64,000 bases of DNA. Source: Phyllosticta citribraziliensis (taxonomy: Eukaryota). The DNA lies in NCBI RefSeq assembly GCF_038025025.1, contig NW_027117342.1:1054001-1118000 (forward strand). The letters run 5' to 3'. The position numbers and the translations under genes are program-made. The notes under the pieces are model-generated. The model was given only the letters and a program-made list of their open reading frames with translations. It made no database searches and was not told where the DNA came from. The stretch's first letter is position 1. Each line of letters starts with the position of its first letter. Shown one piece after another: positions 24,261 to 37,272 of this stretch.

Positions 24261-25723
24261 ATGCCTTCGGTCAATGTGACAGTCTTACTCGTCGCTCTTT
24301 TGGCAGCCCTCGCTGTGGCTGTCCCAAACCCTACCCGGACCATTAATCGTCGACCTCTCAACAAGCGTTCGTTCAAGGTCGAGCGCGTTGCAAACCCCAA
24401 TGCCCTGGCGCGGACCAATGGCAAGGCCGCCATGCGCAAGGTCTTCCGCAAATACGGCTGGAATCACCCGGACATTAATACTAGCATCGTCGTCCCCAAC
24501 GAGAATGCTCTCAACCTTACCAGCAGGGCCGGCGGTCTCGTCTCGGCCACCCCTGAAGACGGTGCCGCTCTTTTTCTCTCTCCCGTAAACATAGGTGGCC
24601 AGACGCTCAATCTCGACTTTGACAGCGGCAGCTCCGACTTGTGGGTCTTTAGCACGCAGCTCAACCAGCAGACCATTGGCCAGCACACTGCCTTCAACCC
24701 GGGCCAGAGCACCTCGTTCAAGCAGGCCCAAGGTTCCAGCTGGCAAATCAGTTACGGTGACGGCAGCGGTGCCGCTGGAAATGTCGGCACCGATGTTGTC
24801 AACATTGGCGGCGCCACCGTCACCAACCAGGCCGTCGAGCTCGCCACGGCCGTCTCGCAGTCCTTTGTCCAGGATACTGGCACTGACGGGCTCGTTGGTC
24901 TCGCCTTTGGCAACCTGAACACGGTCAAGCCGCAGCAGCAAAAGACGTTCTTCGAGAACCTCCTCCCCACGCTTCAGGAGCCCGTCTTCACGGCCGACCT
25001 TCGCAACGACGCTTCCGGCTCGTACGAGTTTGGCCGCATCGACCAGACCAAGTTCCAAGGCCAGATGGTGTTTGCGCCAGTCGACGCTGCCAGCGGCTTC
25101 TGGAAGGTCGACTCCAAGTTCTTTACCATCGGCGGCAAGAGGATTGAGAACCCCACCGCCAATGCTGCCATTGCTGGTATGTTCCTTTATCACCCTACCC
25201 CTGATCTCACCACTGACTTTCTCAAGACACCGGCACCACGCTCCTGCTCGTCGACGACAACGTCGCCCAGCAATACTACTCGCAAGTCCCCGGCGCCCGC
25301 AACGACGCTCAAGCGGGCGGCTTCACCTACCCCTGCAACTCCAAGCTCCCCGACTTCGGCGTCGCCATTGGCGACACGTACGTGGCCAACGTCCCCGGCG
25401 ACGCCGTGACGTTCGCGGCCATCGACGCGCAGAACCAGACGTGCTTCGGCGGCGTGCAGGGCAACTCGGGCGCCAACCTGCAGATCTACGGCGACATTAT
25501 GTTCCGCACGCAGTTTGCCGTCTTCAACGGCCGCGACAAGACGCTCGGCATGGCGCCCAAGGTCGGCCAGCCCCCGGCGCCCGGCCAAGCGGCCACGCAG
25601 CCCGCCGCTGCTCAGCAGCCTGCTGCTGCCGCCAACACCCCTGGCGCGGCTGCTGCCGTCAACACGCCGGGTGCGCAGGCGGCGAGCACGCCTCTGGCGC
25701 AGGCCCAGATGGCGGGTGCGTGA
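24261..25723 (+). CDS. Secreted pepsin-like aspartic protease (peptidase A1, aspergillopepsin-like)
   Basis: Signal peptide and basic propeptide; catalytic motifs LDFDSGSSDLW and IADTGTTLL (split by intron 25177-25226, AAG acceptor); WQISYGDGS, DGLVGLAF, IYGDIMFRTQFAVF; A/Q/P-rich tail. Confidence 0.94.
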
Positions 25724-25851
25724 CGGTGTCGGGCCGTGGGGAAGAGCGTCGAGGTGTTGGTTGGTGGATGGGGGCTTTTCTTCCTTGCGGCCGGGTTGTG
25801 TGGCAGCGGCTTCTTCTAGCGCGTATGGCGGAGCGCATCGTCTGTTCTGGC

Positions 25852-25884
25852 GCAGAGCAGAGCAGAGCAGAGCAGAGCAGAGCA
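25852..25884 (+). repeat. (GCAGA)n pentanucleotide microsatellite
   Basis: About 6 tandem copies in the 3' region of the protease gene. Confidence 0.85.
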
Positions 25885-26246
25885 GGCAGTGTTGGTGATG
25901 GTTATGGTGATGGTAACAGACGTGGGTCACGCAGCACCTGGACGATATGTAATGGCAGTCAAACACATTATGACCTTCCAACAGGCCGGATACACCTATC
26001 TAGACGTTAATGCAAAAAGATCATGCCAGAGCTCGAAGTGTTCAAGCTACTGTACCATCGAAATTGATTGTCGAAGCGAAATAATCCAATTTTTTACACG
26101 GTGGTGGTCGTGGTGGTCGTGGTGGTATCTCGAAAAAAAGGAAGAAGCGTCCCCAAAACTATGTAAAACTTCCTTCGTCCAACGAACGCCCTGCAGAATG
26201 CCAGGTTTGAACTGCTATTGCTGACGCGCAAACTTCTTGCCTCCCG

Positions 26247-28256
26247 TCAAGATGCCAGTTCGATCTCTTCTACGCCCTTGACCAGCCTGCCAAGCTTCTC
26301 GCAATCGGGCGAGGCGACGCAACTTCCAACGCCCTCAATCGCCTTGCTTGCACCCGCCGCTTCTCCGTTATGCGCACCATTCTGCAGCTTTGTTCTTTTG
26401 GTTCTCTTCTTCCGCTTGCCCCCTTCCACCGTCCTGGGCGCTTCGCCGACCCATCTCACGATGCCATTTGCGCGCTTGCCCGCCGCGCTCTGCCACTCGC
26501 GCTCCGCATGCGCGCTGATACGACTCGCCGCATCGGCACGCGTCATGGCCCTTGCCGGCTGTGGTGGTTGCGGCGGGTCATCATCTCGCTCCTCCATCGT
26601 CACGTCCCAGCTGCGGTGGCCAAACGGCCTGCTCAGGGCGTCCCACGACTCGGCCGTCAGGTCGGCGATCCAGTCGGCAGGGGCGTGGCGCAGGACTTCG
26701 ATCCAGTCGGCGCGGGCGGGGCTGCGGGCGGCGAGGAAGATGGGCGAGCCGTCGCTGATGCGGGCCAGGCGCGCGGCGTTGAGAGCGTGGCGCCGCAGTT
26801 CGGTCGCGCTGGTTTGCAGCAGCGCGTGGCAGAGGAGCAGCGAGTGCAGGGCGTCGGTGAGGAGAGGGTGGTAGGTTACTAGTTCGTTGCGGCACTTGGT
26901 CGACAAGGACACCGAGTCTGGGAAGGGCGGGAGGTCGGCTGGAGGTGTACTCGAGAAGAGGGAAGAGACTGGGTGGATAGCCGGGGATTGTCCAGACGTT
27001 TCTGATGTAGACTGGCCGGCTGAATAATCCAACTTCGACAGGAAACACTCGTAGTCCCGAAGTGCTCTTTTCGCATTTGTCTTGACGAGCTTGCGGTGTT
27101 CAAGTCTTTTGCTGTGACCTCGCTGTTCCTCGGGGCGCAACGAAGGCAGTTCTGAGTCCGGATCTGAAAGCGCCTCCTTTTGAGTCTGTCGCATAGTCTC
27201 GAACTCCACCAAGCCGTCCAAAGAAGAGTTGATGTGCTGGCACGCCAGTCTAAGGTACGCGCCGGCTCGATGAAATAGGAGTTGGGCCTCCAAGCTGCTG
27301 GGCTGGTCCTCGTCTTTAAGCGCCTGCTCTCGGTAATTATCACCATCCCGTCTTGCCAAAATCAGTTGCTGCTGGTGTCGCGCCACGGGCAAGCCCTCAG
27401 TCAAGTCTCGCACGGCGCCTGCGTAGTCTTCTGAAAAGAGCTTCGTTATCGCGCGCGTTCTCAAGGGCGACCCATCCGAAGGCCTCTCACGGACGAGCTC
27501 GTTCAATGGCTCCAAAGGAGTGTGCTCGGCCACGGCGCGCGACGGTATCTTTTCGTGGAAAAAGTGGACGTACATGGCATCAAGGTCGCCAGCCTTCTTT
27601 TCCAAGACGAAGTTGGCGACGAGCTCCAATGCCGACGCCGACTGCATGGTCGCAACGCTGGCCGCAATCTCGTCCAAACGATATGCTTGCGACAGCCTCT
27701 GCGTAGCCTTTTCGCGCATGCGAAACTTTCTCTCCTTGCTCAGCTTTGTGTTGGCGGGGCCGCCGGGTGCCACCAGGCCATATGCTGCGGCATTGGGTCC
27801 CCAGATGTTGTTGTAGGGGTTTTTGGTCAGATTGTTCAAGGCCTCGGAGGTCAGGTCGGTCGAGGCGCGCACTGCAAGGTCGGTCGCTTCGTCGACGGCT
27901 TTGCGAATCTTGACAACGTCGAAAAAGGCGGCGGGGTCGATTGGACGGGGACGCGGAGAAGTGTAATTGCTGTTGGCAAGGGATGACAGGAGATCCGTCT
28001 GCAAATTCAACCAGGGTCCATGATAGCTGCTAATGTATCGCCAATGCCTAAAATCAAAAGGGCGTGGTTAGCTTGATGGGCTTTTGCGAAGCGAGCGGAT
28101 GCGATGAAAAGCAAAACGTGCCTGCGCGAGGACCTACTTGTTCCTGCATATGGTTAGGGAGGGGGCCGCGGATTTGTCGGACGAGCGACTCGACATTGTG
28201 AACGGCGATTTGGTAGACAGGCCATTGGATGGATGTGGAGGTTTCTTGCCAGCCAT
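26247..28256 (-). CDS. Conserved Pezizomycotina hypothetical protein with TPR-like helices
   Basis: Exons ~28256-28138 and 28047-26247 join as LTICRNK|HWRYISSYHGPWL. Further blocks: YRLDEIAASVATMQSASALE, YVHFFHEKIPSR, QLLFHRAGAYL, TYHPLLTDALHSLLLCH, PIFLAARSPARADWIEVL. Start could be ATG 28196. Confidence 0.85.
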
Positions 28257-29178
28257 GAGCTGCGATGCGTTGCATTGGTGGGAGCTTGGCACGGCCACGA
28301 TTTCCAAAGGTGCCGGGATCAAATTGATGGGCGACACGGAATCCACCACTCACCTCTCACAGCATTCTCATCTTCACCACCTCTCACTAGGCTTGGACAT
28401 GATCCCTCTGGTGTTTTCGCGTTGGATCACCAGAGCCGCAGTGCTCGGCGACCACCACCACCACCTCCCATGACACCCCGAATGCTAGCCACTCAGCCTC
28501 GCCATGTCCTCGGTCAAAACTATTGCGAGTTAGCCATGTTGGGATACGGCGCATGTAGTCAGCTTCATGGAACGCGCTGCGTGCGTGGACAGTCCAACAT
28601 AGCCAGCCATCGCGCCGGACAAGGCTACGGCAACGTCGGCAGCACTGTCGGTCCTGTGCAGTCAGCGCTACATATAACGTTGGGTTCTTCACCCGCTGCT
28701 CCCCGGAATTGGAACCCATTGTCTGGCGGAACAACACCCAATTGCACGTCGCCAATTCGTTATCGGGAAACTCTTGCGACGTCAGGACGTTGAACTGGAG
28801 CCAAAGTTGAGTACTGGCTACTACCTGGTCCCTACCTTCCTTAGCCGGTACCCCACTCGAACCTTGGCGGCTTCGTTTCGGATTTTTGTGTCTTTTGAGA
28901 CTCGAGCAGCCGCCAGGTTTTTCGGCGTCTTCTCTTCGCCATAAAGATCAATTCTGCCCCGCCGGGTTGTTCAACACCTGCGCGTCTTCGCGCCTCCGTC
29001 GTCACCCGTCTGCAGGTCATCCATTGACCAAAGCGCTCCCCCTGTGGCGATCTTTTTTCTCGAATCGGGGGCCTAATCACCACTTTGCTGTCATAACGCC
29101 AAGAGCCCTCCCGAATCTGCTTATATGGGGATCCAAGGCGCACCTTCGTGCTGTCCCATCGACTTTGTCGTACCGACA

Positions 29179-30820
29179 ATGCCATCAGCACACATGCCAG
29201 GCACACACCCCGAGCCCCGGCCGCCGCAACGGCGTCCCCTTGGGCTTCGGTGGCGGTCCTCGACGGGCTTCATCGTCAGCACCGTAGGCATGGGCATCTT
29301 CACCGACATGGCCCTGTACTGTCTGATTGTGCCGGTACTGCCATTCATGCTCGAAGACCGCATCCACCTGCCCGAGGACCAAATCCAAAAACAAGTCTCG
29401 AATTTGCTTGCCGTGTACGCCGGCGCATCCGTAATCGGCTCTCCTATTACTGGAATGCTCGCTGATCGATGGGGAACGCGACGGATGCCCTTTCTCTTGG
29501 GTTTGACGTCGTTGCTGTTGTCAACGATTCTGTTTGCCTTTGGCCAGACTATTCTCGCCCTGACCATAGCAAGGGCATTGCAGGGTCTTTCAGCTGCCGT
29601 TGTTTGGGTGGTCGGTCTGGCTCTGCTTGTGGAGACTGTTGGATCCGAGAACCTGGGATCCGTCATTGGATCTGTAAGAGCGCTGCCCCGGAAATTTTGC
29701 AAGCGTTGCTAACAAACCCCAGATTTACAGTTTGATGACTGTGGGCGGTCTGATATCGCCTGTCCTTGGTGGTGCACTATACCGTCACACTGGCTACACA
29801 GGTGTCTTTGGCGTAAGCCTCGCGGTCGTAGTTGTAGATTTCGTCATGCGTCTCTTGGTCATTGAGCCCAAGGAACTCGTAAAATACGACGTGGACTGTT
29901 CAGCATCGAAGAACGTCAACGGCCAGCCTCGAGAGTCGGAATCGCCCAGCCCTTCGCCGCCGACTGAACGTACCCCCTTGCTTCCGTCGAGCAACTCGTC
30001 CAATCGCAGCCTTGACGACTCCTACGTCCTCCCGCCAGAGTCCACGTTCCTGATCCGACACGTGCCTATCCTCAGTCTCCTCGGCCGCTCTCCGCGCCTC
30101 GCCACGGCCCTCTTTGTTGGATTCGTGCAAGCTCTCTTGATGGGCACCTTTGACAGCACGCTCCCGGTGGCGGCCAAGGAACTTTTCGGCTTCAACAGCC
30201 TGCGTGCTGGCCTTCTGTTCCTCTCTCTCGGCACCTTTGATCTCATCGTCGGACCGGCAGCCGGCTGGGCCGTCGACAAGCTGGGCCCGCGCACAGTCGC
30301 AATCGCCGGCTACACGTGGCTGCTGCCCGTGACCATGGGCTTCTTGGGCGTAGCCGGGGCGCGCACGGCGGGCATCGGGACCAACGCGCTATCGAGCCTG
30401 AGCTTTCTGGCCATTGACGGCGACGGGCCCAACGCCTCGACCAACGCCAGCAGCCTGCCCGTCTTTTGCGTGCTGCTCTCGCTCTGCGGCGTCGGCATGG
30501 CCATTGTCAACGCGCCGTCGCTGGTCGAGGCGGGCTTCGTCGTCGAGTGCTACCACGCGGCCAACCCGGAGCTGTTTGGGGAGCGCGGGCCCTACGCCCA
30601 GTTGTACGGCCTCAATGGCATGGTGTGGAATGCTGGACTGGCCGTTGGACCGCTGGTTGCAGGAGCGCTCAAGGGCGTGCTCGGCTTTGGCGGCATGATG
30701 GCCGTCATGGGCGGTGTTTGCGGAGTTGCGGCCATGGCGGCAGCACTGTTCATGGGGGAGAGGCGCGGCAAGAAGGAGGGAAGGGATGGCGGAGTGCAGG
30801 AGCGTGATGTGAGAGCGTGA
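29179..30820 (+). CDS. MFS transporter (vesicular amine transporter/SLC18-like fungal family)
   Basis: Exons 29179(or 29125)-29673, 29723-30820. WRSSTGFIVSTVGMGIFTD..YCLIVPVLPF, motif A GMLADRWGTRR, ARALQGLSAAVVWVVGLALL, GPYAQLYGL; ~12 TM segments. Confidence 0.92.
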
Positions 30821-32914
30821 AGATGCGTTGGTTGAAAGGGTGTTGAAAAGATATGGGCGGAGCCGCTCTTCAAAAGGAAAAGGGGAAAGAAGAAGGGCAG
30901 TCGGGGTGTTTTCTTCTGTCTCCTGTCAACACTCCCCTCTAACACTCGCGTCGTTCTTCACGTCCCTCGACTCAGTCCACCCACAATCGGTCAAACAAAA
31001 AGCGTGTCCCTTTTCTCCCACTGTCCATCCCATCGCTGGTCGAAAGGGCAGATGGGCGTCTTGTGTTTCCCGTTCCTCGTTTCCAGTCCCTCCTTTCCTT
31101 TCGAAAAGCTCTCGACTCTAGCATTGGGCGGCGCAGGATAAGACACGCATACTGAGTTGCTTGGGCGGGCGGGCGAAGAAAATGATTACTCGGGCACCAA
31201 ACGCTTTGGTTGGACGCAGGTGGCTGGGCGAAATGAATACTTGATTTGAATAATGCAAGAGCAGATGTCTAGTCGCACGCGCAGGGCTTTCTCACTTTGT
31301 GACTACAGCATCACGGCTTACTGTGGTTGCCCCCACCACGTCGATCGTGCGAGCAGACGGGGGGGTTGGTCATGGGAAGGGCGTTAGTGAAGAGACTACC
31401 GGCCGGCAAACGCTAGTCGCAATACAATGGCACGGACGCAACTAGGTCGGAACGTGGCCACGGAAGAGAGAAAGGATGGACTTGAGTTGTTTATCTTAGG
31501 CGAGAATGCGATGTGCCGATGTGCAAGAGGTGGGCGAGGGGAAAAAATGAGGATGATGTCATGTTGTTTATCAACAAGGGAACAGAGGGATGGACGGACA
31601 GACGGACAGGGGTCAAAACAAGTCGAGGGGTGTGCGACGTGCCGAGCGGGGACAGCCAGGTGTCTGGGACATGTCTTGGTGGATTGCGTAGTTAAGTCGT
31701 TATCAAGAGAAGCGAAGCGGGATGTGTGGACTGCAGGGCGGGCGAGGGCGTTGGGTTGGGTCGGACCATTCTTGGACCAGAGTCGTCGTCGTCGTCGTCG
31801 TCGTGCATGCGTAGGGACCAGCGATCGACGGGGGCAAAAAAGAGCAGTGCACGTCGGTCGGCGTCGCAGGGCCAGCCACACGCAGACTTGATTTGAGTGA
31901 CAGATGCACACTCTGCACTCTGCAGCGCTTTCAATGTGGAACAGGCCGACCAAGCGCGGCGACGGATTCGGTAGCGCGGTGGATTAGGAGAGCTGGGGGG
32001 GCTGCCGGCGGCCGTTGAGCAGAGTCATGCGCATCCATCATGCCTTGGCCTCAAACCAGTTTTGCACGTCGAAACAAGCTGAGGTGAGGATGCTGCTGTG
32101 GTGTGTGTGTGGTGTGGCACTTGCATGGCTGCATGAGAGAGCAAAAAGGCCGATCAGATCGGGCGACAAGGCAGCAAAGAAGTTTGAGCTGCGCCATGAA
32201 AAAATAATTCAAAAAACCCCTGTGGCACGACGTGGCTGATGTCGACGCCAAACCAAACCGCGAGGCGGGCCGCAAAAGCTTGAGAGAGAGACCACGAGAG
32301 CCAATAGCTCAGGCGGCCGAGGTAGGGGAGGTGGGTTGATTCTGCCGGGCTGTGCCACACAAACTCACATGTTGAGCCGGGAGAGCCTATCTGGCATCTG
32401 CCCTGTGGTGGAGGTGTTGTCGCTGTCGCTGGACCCGTGGCGCAGTCGGAGTTGACGGCGGGGATGTGCAGCAGGGGCTCACCACACGAAACCGACGGCC
32501 GTCCAATGGCAACGCCGCGAGGTGTGGCTCGCCAGCTCCAGCCACCGAAGCATGGGCGGTACATGGGCAGAGGCGCTCAGCTGCGCCGGGATGCGCAATT
32601 TGACATGTTGAGATTGCTCTGCCGTGCTAGCGAATCAGCAGGCCGTGACGTCCAGGCCCGCCGCCGACCTCTTGCTTTTTGCCGTCCGAGCGTCATCGTC
32701 TAGGGCAATCTTGCTCCAGCGATTAAAACACTCGGCTTGCCCCCCTCGTCGTCGCCCTCGCCTTCGCCGCCGCCAGCCTGCTTCGGTTCTCCACACCTCC
32801 CACCCCATTCGACCACTGCCACTGACAGTCGGTCCTTAACCGCCCAAGAACACCCAGCCCTGCGTGCGTTTGCGCTTGCCCAAGCGCTGAACGCTGCGCC
32901 CCACACCCGACATC

Positions 32915-35832
32915 ATGGCCAAGTGCGATACCCAGGTATGTTTACTCTTTGTTTGCCAGTCCTCTTCTTCACCCTACCTTCTGCCGCACACCCTACCCAA
33001 ATCTCATTTTGCCGTCTCCTACCCCCCATGGCTGCCACGGGCGAAGCCGCTTGCCTATCAACTATTCTTAACACGTCGTTGCAGGGCTCCGACGACAACA
33101 TCGGCTCGGCGCAGACCAAGGAGAGCGTCTCGGCCTCGCAGCTCCTCTCCACCTTGGTCCCTGTGCTCCTCTACGCCGGCATTTTCTTCGCCATTTTCCT
33201 CATCCTGCGCCGCATCTTCACTCGCAGGTACCAGGCCCGCGCTGTGCTGAACACCCTCCCCGAGCACGAGCGCTCGCCCGAGCTCCCCAATGGCCTCTTT
33301 AGCTGGATTGGCGCCTTTGTCAAGATTCCCGACAGCTATGTCCTCACTCACCACTCGCTCGACGGCTTCCTGTTCTTGCGCCTGCTCAAGATGGGCGTCA
33401 TTTCGTGCTTTGTCGGTTGCTTGATCACCTTTCCAATTCTCTTCCCGGTCAATGCCACTGGCGGAGGCGGTCAGTCGCAATTGGACATTTTGAACTTGTC
33501 CAATGTTACCAACAACTACTACCGCTACTTTGCGCACGCTGGCTGTGCCTACATCTTCTTTGGTAGGCTTTGCGCAGCCCTGGCATTTACATTTGCTTAC
33601 TTTTTCAGGATTCCTCATCTTCATGATCACCCGCGAATCCATCTTCTACATCAACTTGCGCCAGGCCTTTCTCATGTCTCCTCTCTACGCCAACCGCCTT
33701 TCTTCTCGTACCGTCCTCTTCACTGCTGTCCCAGACACCTATCTTGATGAGCACCGCATGCGCGACCTGCTCGGCGAACACGTCAGGCGCGTCTGGCTTC
33801 CTACCGACACCTCGGAGCTCGAGGAGCACGTCGAGGAGCGCGACAAGATTGCTCTGCAGCTCGAGGGTGCCGAGACCAAGCTCTGCAGGATGGTGCAGTT
33901 GGCCAAGTCCAAAAAGGGCGGCGTTGAAGAATTGCCCGAAGTGAATGGCGATCAGGACTCTGGATCTGTCGCAGCCCGCTGGATCAGGGCAAAGGACCGT
34001 CCGACGCACCGCCTCAAGCCCATCATTGGCAAGAAGGTTGACACCATTGATTGGTCGCGCGCCCAACTTGCCAAGATGATTCCAGAGGTCGAAAAGGAGC
34101 AGCACAAGCACCGTGCTGGAGACGCAAAGAAGATTAGTGCCGTATTCGTCGAGTTCGACACGCTCGCCAACGCGCAGGGCGCCTTTCAGAGTCTCACCCA
34201 TCATCAGGCCCTGCACATGGCCCCGCGTTTCACTGGCTTCACGCCTGGTGAAATCATTTGGAGCAACCTGCGCATTAGGTGGTGGGAGCGCGTCATGCGC
34301 GTCACCGTCACGACTGCCTTCATCTGTGCGCTGGTCGTCTTCTGGTCCATCCCCGTTGCCTTTGTCGGTGCTATTTCGAACGTGGACAACCTGACTTGCG
34401 TCATCCCTGCTCTGTCCTTCATTGACGATGTTCCTGGCGCGATCAAGGGAGTGATTACGGGTCTGCTCCCGACCATCCTGCTGGCCGTCTTGATGGCACT
34501 GCTTCCCGTCATTCTGCGCCTGATGGCCAAGCTATCGGGTGACCCGACCAAATCGGCGGTGGAGTTGACCGTTCAGAACTACTACTTTGCCTTTCAGGTT
34601 GTCCAGGTATTCCTTGTCGCAACGATTGGATCAGCAGCAGCTTCGGCCGCCGGTGACATCATCAAGAATCCCACCGGCATCACAAGCAAGCTCGCAACCA
34701 CCATTCCGACGGCATCTGGCTTTTACCTTTCCTATTTCGTGCTGCAGGGACTGGGTGTCGTCTCCAGCTTGCTGCTTGGATTGGCTGGGCTCATCATCGC
34801 CAAGATTCTGAGCAAGTTCCTCGACAAGACGCCCCGCAAGATGTACAAGCGCTGGGTCTCGCTCTCTGGACTGGGCTGGGGTACCGTTTTCCCGGTCTAC
34901 ACCAACTTGTTTGTCATTGGTAAGTTTATCGTGCATGCATAGCATGAAAAACTTTGCTAACGTTTGCAGCCATCTGCTACGCCTGCATTGCACCCCTGGT
35001 CCTTCTCTTCGCGGGATTGGGTCTCTGGCTGTTTTACTTTGCCTACCGCTACAACTTGCTCTACGTCTACGACATTGATGTGGACACCAAGGGCCTAGTT
35101 TACCCCCGCGCGCTTCAGCAGCTCTTTGTCGGCCTCTACGTTGCCGAGCTCTGTCTCATTGGTCTCTTTGCCATTCAACTCAGCGACAAGGGTGCTCTCG
35201 GTCCTTTCATTCTCATGATCATTCTCCTGGTGTTCACCGTTGTGTACCACGCCTCGCTCAACGCCGCTTTGGACCCTCTCCTCAAGTTCATGCCGCGCTC
35301 CCTCCAAGACGAGGAGCGTCGCCTGCTCGCCATGGAGTCGGACCTGCCCCCCTCTGAGCGTGCCGACGCCCCTACCAACGGTCACCAGCCCAGGGGCAGT
35401 AACATTGCCTACGAGAAGACGGCTACGACGGAGGACACGGCCCACAAGGGCGTCGCCAACGGCTCCTCCCCCACTCGCCACCCTCTGCAGCGCGAGAAGC
35501 CGTCCATCCTCCAAAAGTTCCTGCGTCCCGACGTCTACACGGACTATGCGACTATGCGCCGCATGGTCCCGCGCAACTTTGCCGACGCCGACCACCTCTA
35601 CGACCACAACCCGGAGGCCGAGCGCAACGCCTTCTACCACCCCAGCATTAGCACGCTGCCCCCGATGCTCTGGATCCCGCGCGACTCGGTTGGCTGCAGC
35701 CGGCAGGAGGTGCGCGACACGGGCAAGGTCATTGCCATTACCGACACGGCCGCTAGCTTCGACGACAAGGGCAACATTGTGTGGGACCCCATGGAGGAGG
35801 TGCCCATTGCCGAGCCCAAGATGTACTGGTAA
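32915..35832 (+). CDS. CSC1/OSCA/TMEM63-family Ca2+-permeable stress-gated channel (RSN1/PHM7-like, DUF221)
   Basis: Exons 32915-32935, 33085-33562, 33609-34919, 34970-35832. HSLDGFLFLRLLK, PILFPVNATGG, RPTHRLKPIIGKKVDTIDW, PGEIIWSNL, FWSIPVAFVG, YFAFQVVQVFLV, DTKGLVYPRALQQLFVGLY, LWIPRD. Confidence 0.94.
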
Positions 35833-37272
35833 AAGAAAGGTCTGAAGAGAAAGAAGCAAAAAGAGACGAGGACGAAAAAGCGTCGGTTGACCGTGGTCGG
35901 CGAAGCATGTTACGATAGGTTGCGATACCCACCTGGGTCTCCTTTGTTTCTCCTTTTTCAGGTCTCGAGCTTGCTCTTGGGCCCGTCTGACCTTGCTGGG
36001 CACGAGTTGCTGCCTTGGCTTTGTGCTTAATACCCCTTCTCCTCCTTTTCTCTCTTACCTGCCGTTCGTCTGCCGTCTCTGTCCACGTCTGTCTGCCACC
36101 ATGCAGACGGATCTCGAGGTGAATGCAAGCACAGGTGACGGGAGAGTCGACGTTGGCAGTGACAGCGCGAAAGTCAAGGGATGGATCGATGTAAAATGGA
36201 CGGAGAGACACAGCAACCACTCGTTCGTTGATTCAGACAGGATGGACAAAACAAGCAAGCAAGAGAAGAAAGAAGGAGGGGATCCAGCACCGTCTATCCG
36301 TCCGTCCGTCCATCCGTCTCCTGTAACGGCCTTGACTGACAACGACCAACCAAAAACACCCCCTTTCTTTCGTTTCCTCTCCTCCTTTCCTCCTTTTCTC
36401 CCTTTTTTGTTTTTCTTTTTTTTTTTTTTTTCTGATACGATACCCTCTAGATACATGACTTAATCTGAATCTGCACCGAAAACTTTTCATGGGGGTGGTG
36501 TGTGGTGATTGCGTGAGGTCGTGGTTTGGGTGATGCAGGCTTTGTCGTGAAGAGAGAACACAGTTTGAGGATTGGCGGGTGGGCGGGCGGGCTTGCCCAA
36601 GGTAACAATGTAGACGGATGAATCTTCTCCCTTCCTGATGAAGCTCGCACGAATGCACGTGGAGAAAGAGGTTGTGGGGAGGAGAGAGGCAGTCATCTTC
36701 ATAGCAGACAGACATGGGCGTATTCGCAACTGTTGATTCGAGAAGAAAAGAAAAAAAAAAAAAAAAAAAAAAAGACGAGGGTAGAAGCGTGGCAGCAGCC
36801 ATTATCGGCGGCAGCAGCAACAGCAAGAAACGAAGCAAAAACGGCAAAAACAACACATCACGTCTCGCAACCCATGGCATCTCATGCCATGTCAGCAAGC
36901 AAGCAAGCAATCATCCATTCATTCGATCCACTCAAAATAGCCACCGAGCGAGCCGGCCTACCACAACAAGAACACAAAGATATCAAACGCCGTCCATGCA
37001 ACGAAGAGAGATGAAGATTGTCCTTCCACTTCTTCTCGTAATGACGACGACGACGAGCCCGAAGAGACAGACAGACAAAACGGACAGGGAGACCCCGCGT
37101 AGGTGGGGGGGAAAGGGCGCCCGGGGGGGGTACGATAACTAGGAAATAGAATAAGGTTGAGGAGAAGAAAGGAACAGGAGGGGAAAAGATAAGCCAAGTA
37201 CCATCTCCCAAGAGAGATTGAGAGGGGAGAAATCGCCGTTGCGACAGACCGACGCGCGCGTCGCGCGCCCTC

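Noticed and set aside
35850..37260. Long poly-T/poly-A and simple repeats between CSC1 and ATG18
   Set aside because: Typical low-complexity 3' intergenic DNA; no TSD, TIR or retro-element hallmarks.
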